The notes under the pieces are model-generated. The model ran no database searches. It had not been told where the DNA came from and worked only from the letters and a program-made list of their open reading frames with translations. 64,000 nucleotides of DNA from an uncultured Chloroflexia bacterium. GTDB taxonomy: Bacteria > Chloroflexota > Limnocylindria > Limnocylindrales > CSP1-4. The DNA is taken from the NCBI GenBank assembly GCA_963734535.1, contig CAVTHS010000007.1:32001-96000 (forward strand), in the 5' to 3' direction. Shown one piece after another: positions 61,639 through 64,000 of the stretch. The first letter of the stretch is position 1; the number at the start of each line of letters is the position of its first letter. Both the position numbers and the translations under genes were made by a program.

Positions 61639-62162
61639 ATGAGCACCAAACGCAAGGCAATCGAGGGCGACGGCTTCATCGCCCGTCGAGCCACCGAGGC
61701 GACGACGTCGAGGGCCACGGCGTCTCGGCGCGCAAGGCTGTCGAGAGCGATGGCGCCATCCTCCGCAAGGCCACCGACGACGACGTCGAGGGCCACGGCG
61801 TCTCGGCGCGCAAGGCTGTCGAGAGCGATGGCGCCATCCTCCGCAAGGCCACCGACGACGACGTCGAGGGCCACGGCGTCTCGGCGCGCAAGGCTGTCGA
61901 GAGCGATGGCGCCATCCTCCGCAAGGCCACCGACGACGACGTCGAGGGCCACGGCGTCTCGGCGCGCAAGGCTGTCGAGAGCGATGGCGCCATCCTCCGC
62001 AAGGCCACCGACGACGACGATGTCGAGGGCCACAACATCGGGGTCATGAACCCGATCCTCGCGCGTGAGCTCTCCCGGGCCCGCGAGCGCGATGTCCAGC
62101 GGGAAGCCTCCCGCAACACGCTCATCGGCGAGGCCAAGCGGGCACTCGGGCGCAAGCGCTGA
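61639..62162 (+). CDS. DDVEGH tandem-repeat protein (~175 aa); one-base deletion near 61700
   Basis: MSTKRKAIEGDGFIARRATE-[shift]-DDVEGH(GVSARKAVESDGAILRKATDDDVEGH)x4-NIGVMNPILARELSRARERDVQREASRNTLIGEAKRALGRKR*; AGAGGGG RBS-like site upstream. Not present in the ORF track in this frame. Confidence 0.75.
61701..62033 (+). repeat. 78-bp tandem repeat, four near-perfect copies plus a fifth DVEGH motif
   Basis: gtcgagggccac recurs at 61707, 61785, 61863, 61941 and 62022 (periods 78, 78, 78, 81). Confidence 0.95.
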
Positions 62163-62188
62163 TCTGCTTCCAGGGTTCGTCGCCCCTG

Positions 62189-62222
62189 GACGGGCGGGGT
62201 CGCAGGACCCCGCCCGTCTTCC
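62189..62222 (+). terminator. Intrinsic terminator-like hairpin
   Basis: 13-bp stem gacgggcggggtc-GCAG-gaccccgcccgtc followed by ttcct, 27 nt after the repeat-protein stop. Confidence 0.65.
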
Positions 62223-62383
62223 TGTCTGCCGCGGCCGCGACCTCCGACGGCCGACCCACCTGCCGCACCCGGCGCACGATCCCGGCACCAGCCAGACCGC
62301 ACGGGCCACATTGCGCTCGTGGTGGCGCGCCACTAGCATTCGGCGCGTCGACCGGGGAGCCGGGCGCAGGGAAGGGGCGGAGC

Positions 62384-63088
62384 GTGACAGGGACCGCACG
62401 GACGACCGCGGGTGATGCGCTCCGAAGCTGTGCGCTGTTCTCGCGCGTCGACGATGCCACGCTCGCGGTCTGCATCGACTCCCTGCGGACCCGCCGCTAC
62501 CGCAGAAACGAGACGATCTTCCACCAGGGCGACCCCGGCGACTCCCTGTACATCATCGAGTCGGGAGCCGTGAAGATCGTCCTGCCGTCGCCGGAGGGTG
62601 AGGACGAGGCGATCATCGCCACCCTGGGCCCGGGCGACTTCTTCGGCGAGCTCGCCCTGCTCGACGGCGCCGAGCGCTCGGCGACCGCGATCGCCCACGA
62701 GGCGACGACGTCCCTCGTGCTCCGCCGCGACGCGTTCGGCCACCTGATCGACACGGTGCCGGCGCTGCGCCACGAGCTCCTGGCGGGCCTCGTCGCCGAG
62801 CTGCGCCGCCTGACGCACCACGTGGAGGAGCTCCACTTCCTGGACCTGCCGGGCCGGCTGGCGCGCCGCATCGTGCGGCTTGCCCGCGATGTCGAGCCCG
62901 ACCCCAGCGGGGCAGTGACGCTCGACTGGAGCTTCTCCCAGTCGGAGCTGGCCGCGATGATCGGCGGAACGAGGCAGACGGTGAACCGGCTCCTCGGGGA
63001 CTTCACGGCGGAGGGCCTGATACGGATCGATCGCGACAGGCTGGTCGTGCCCGACCTGGAGCGCCTCGAGCGGGCGGCTTCGCGCTGA
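62384..63088 (+). CDS. Crp/Fnr-family transcriptional regulator
   Basis: IFHQGDPG.SLYII.SG.VKI, FFGELALLDG..RSA (cNMP pocket), SQSELAAMIGGTRQTVNR HTH. Confidence 0.93.
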   Translation: MTGTARTTAGDALRSCALFSRVDDATLAVCIDSLRTRRYRRNETIFHQGDPGDSLYIIESGAVKIVLPSPEGEDEAIIATLGPGDFFGELALLDGAERSATAIAHEATTSLVLRRDAFGHLIDTVPALRHELLAGLVAELRRLTHHVEELHFLDLPGRLARRIVRLARDVEPDPSGAVTLDWSFSQSELAAMIGGTRQTVNRLLGDFTAEGLIRIDRDRLVVPDLERLERAASR

Positions 63089-63107
63089 GCCGCGCCGGCG
63101 GGACTCT

Positions 63108-63935
63108 ATGACCGATCCGGGGGAAGGCGCGCGCCGTCGCGGTCCAGGCTTCGATCGTGACGCGCGTGCCGCGCTCGCCGCAATCGGCCGCCGCGCCGAG
63201 ATTGCGCGGCGTCTCGAGCTCGGGAGCGCCGAGGCGGTTCTCCGCTCGATCGTCGAGGCGGCCGCGGCCCTGTTCGAGGCCGAGGCTGCATCCATCGCCC
63301 TGTACGAGCCGGCGCGCAACGTCCTCGTCTTCCGTGTCGCGGCCGGCGAGCACGGCCAGGGCGTGATCGGGCTCGAGATCCCGCCGGACCGCGGCCTCGT
63401 CGGCTACGTCTTCTCGAGCGGGCAGGCGCTCGCCATCGCCGACGTGCGGGCGGACCCGCGCTTCGGTCGGAGCTTCGCCGAGCAGACCCAGTACGTGCCG
63501 CGCAGCATCGTGGCCGTCCCCCTTCTGGACGAGCGCGGCACGCTCGGCGTCCTCGAGGTGCTCGACAAGCGAAGCGAGACCAGCTTCTCTCTCCGCGACA
63601 TCGAGCTGGCCGGCGTCTTTGCGCGGCAAGCCACCGTCGCGATCCGCGCCAGCCGGGTGGAGCGTGACGCCGCGACGCTCCTTCGCTCGGTGATCGGCGC
63701 GCTGGCTGGCGGGGATGCGCCCGGTGGCGGCGTCGATGCGCTCGTGGCCGCCGCGCTCGTCGACGTCGGCGACCCGGATGACCCCCTGTGGCCCCTCGTC
63801 GAGCAGATCGCCGCCCTTCGCCGGGTCGGGCCCGAGCAGCGCGAGCTGCTGGGCGCCCTGCTCGACGTCCTCGTACGCCAGGCCGAGCGCGGCCGGAGTC
63901 GGCGCGCCGGTCGCCTCCGCGCGCCGGGCGGATGA
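63108..63935 (+). CDS. Stand-alone GAF-domain protein
   Basis: EAASIALY, GLVGYVF.SGQ, DPRF, PRSIVAVPL, GVLEVLDK, FS..DIEL. Confidence 0.88.
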   Translation: MTDPGEGARRRGPGFDRDARAALAAIGRRAEIARRLELGSAEAVLRSIVEAAAALFEAEAASIALYEPARNVLVFRVAAGEHGQGVIGLEIPPDRGLVGYVFSSGQALAIADVRADPRFGRSFAEQTQYVPRSIVAVPLLDERGTLGVLEVLDKRSETSFSLRDIELAGVFARQATVAIRASRVERDAATLLRSVIGALAGGDAPGGGVDALVAAALVDVGDPDDPLWPLVEQIAALRRVGPEQRELLGALLDVLVRQAERGRSRRAGRLRAPGG

Positions 63936-64000
63936 CCGATCCGCTCCTCCCGGCGTGGAGCGAGCCGTTCAGCGGCGCGCGGCGGGACGCGCTGCGCCAC
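63932..64000 (+). CDS. 5' end of a coupled gene running off the window
   Basis: ATGA overlap with the GAF gene stop; MTDPLLPAWSEPFSGARRDALRH. Confidence 0.5.
   Translation, partial: MTDPLLPAWSEPFSGARRDALRH

Noticed and set aside
61701-62033. 78-bp repeats as a CRISPR array
   Set aside because: The units are contiguous and identical with no unique spacers, their length is a multiple of 3, and no cas genes are present. This is a coding repeat.
61165-62049. ORF-track protein with RATASRRARLSRAMAPSS repeats
   Set aside because: Wrong frame. The DDVEGH frame matches the degenerate N-terminal unit, has GC3-type codons and ends just before a terminator.

Overview
A very GC-rich bacterial window. 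Gene style and content suggest Chloroflexota or Actinomycetota, but this is inference only. Housekeeping-type genes lie at both ends. The left flank has a PotA-like ABC ATPase, ferredoxin, proC, a PIG-L deacetylase, an S9 peptidase, proline dehydrogenase and an EamA transporter. The right flank has korAB, an M24 peptidase, a Crp/Fnr regulator and a GAF protein. Between them is an accessory block of about 45 kb (11.4-56.2 kb) with four parts: (i) an S8 peptidase with a C-terminal (SGLSW)n tail, directly upstream of a membrane hybrid histidine kinase; (ii) two diverged tandem copies of an operon encoding a ~2,100-aa secreted beta-helix/Ig protein, three paralogous two-domain cupredoxin (multicopper-oxidase-like) proteins, a small membrane-anchored protein and an S8 peptidase; (iii) a NarL-type two-component pair between the copies; (iv) a CopC/CopD fusion and a blue-copper lipoprotein. 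The main observation is that, in both copies, the copper ligands of one complete multicopper-oxidase active site are divided between paralogs A and B, while paralog C has none. This points to a heterotrimeric, gene-split multicopper oxidase. An unannotated (DDVEGH)-repeat protein sits near the right end. Many single-base indels, densest at 36.5-50 kb and including one in korA, look like sequencing or assembly errors, so several CDS calls are stitched across frames.
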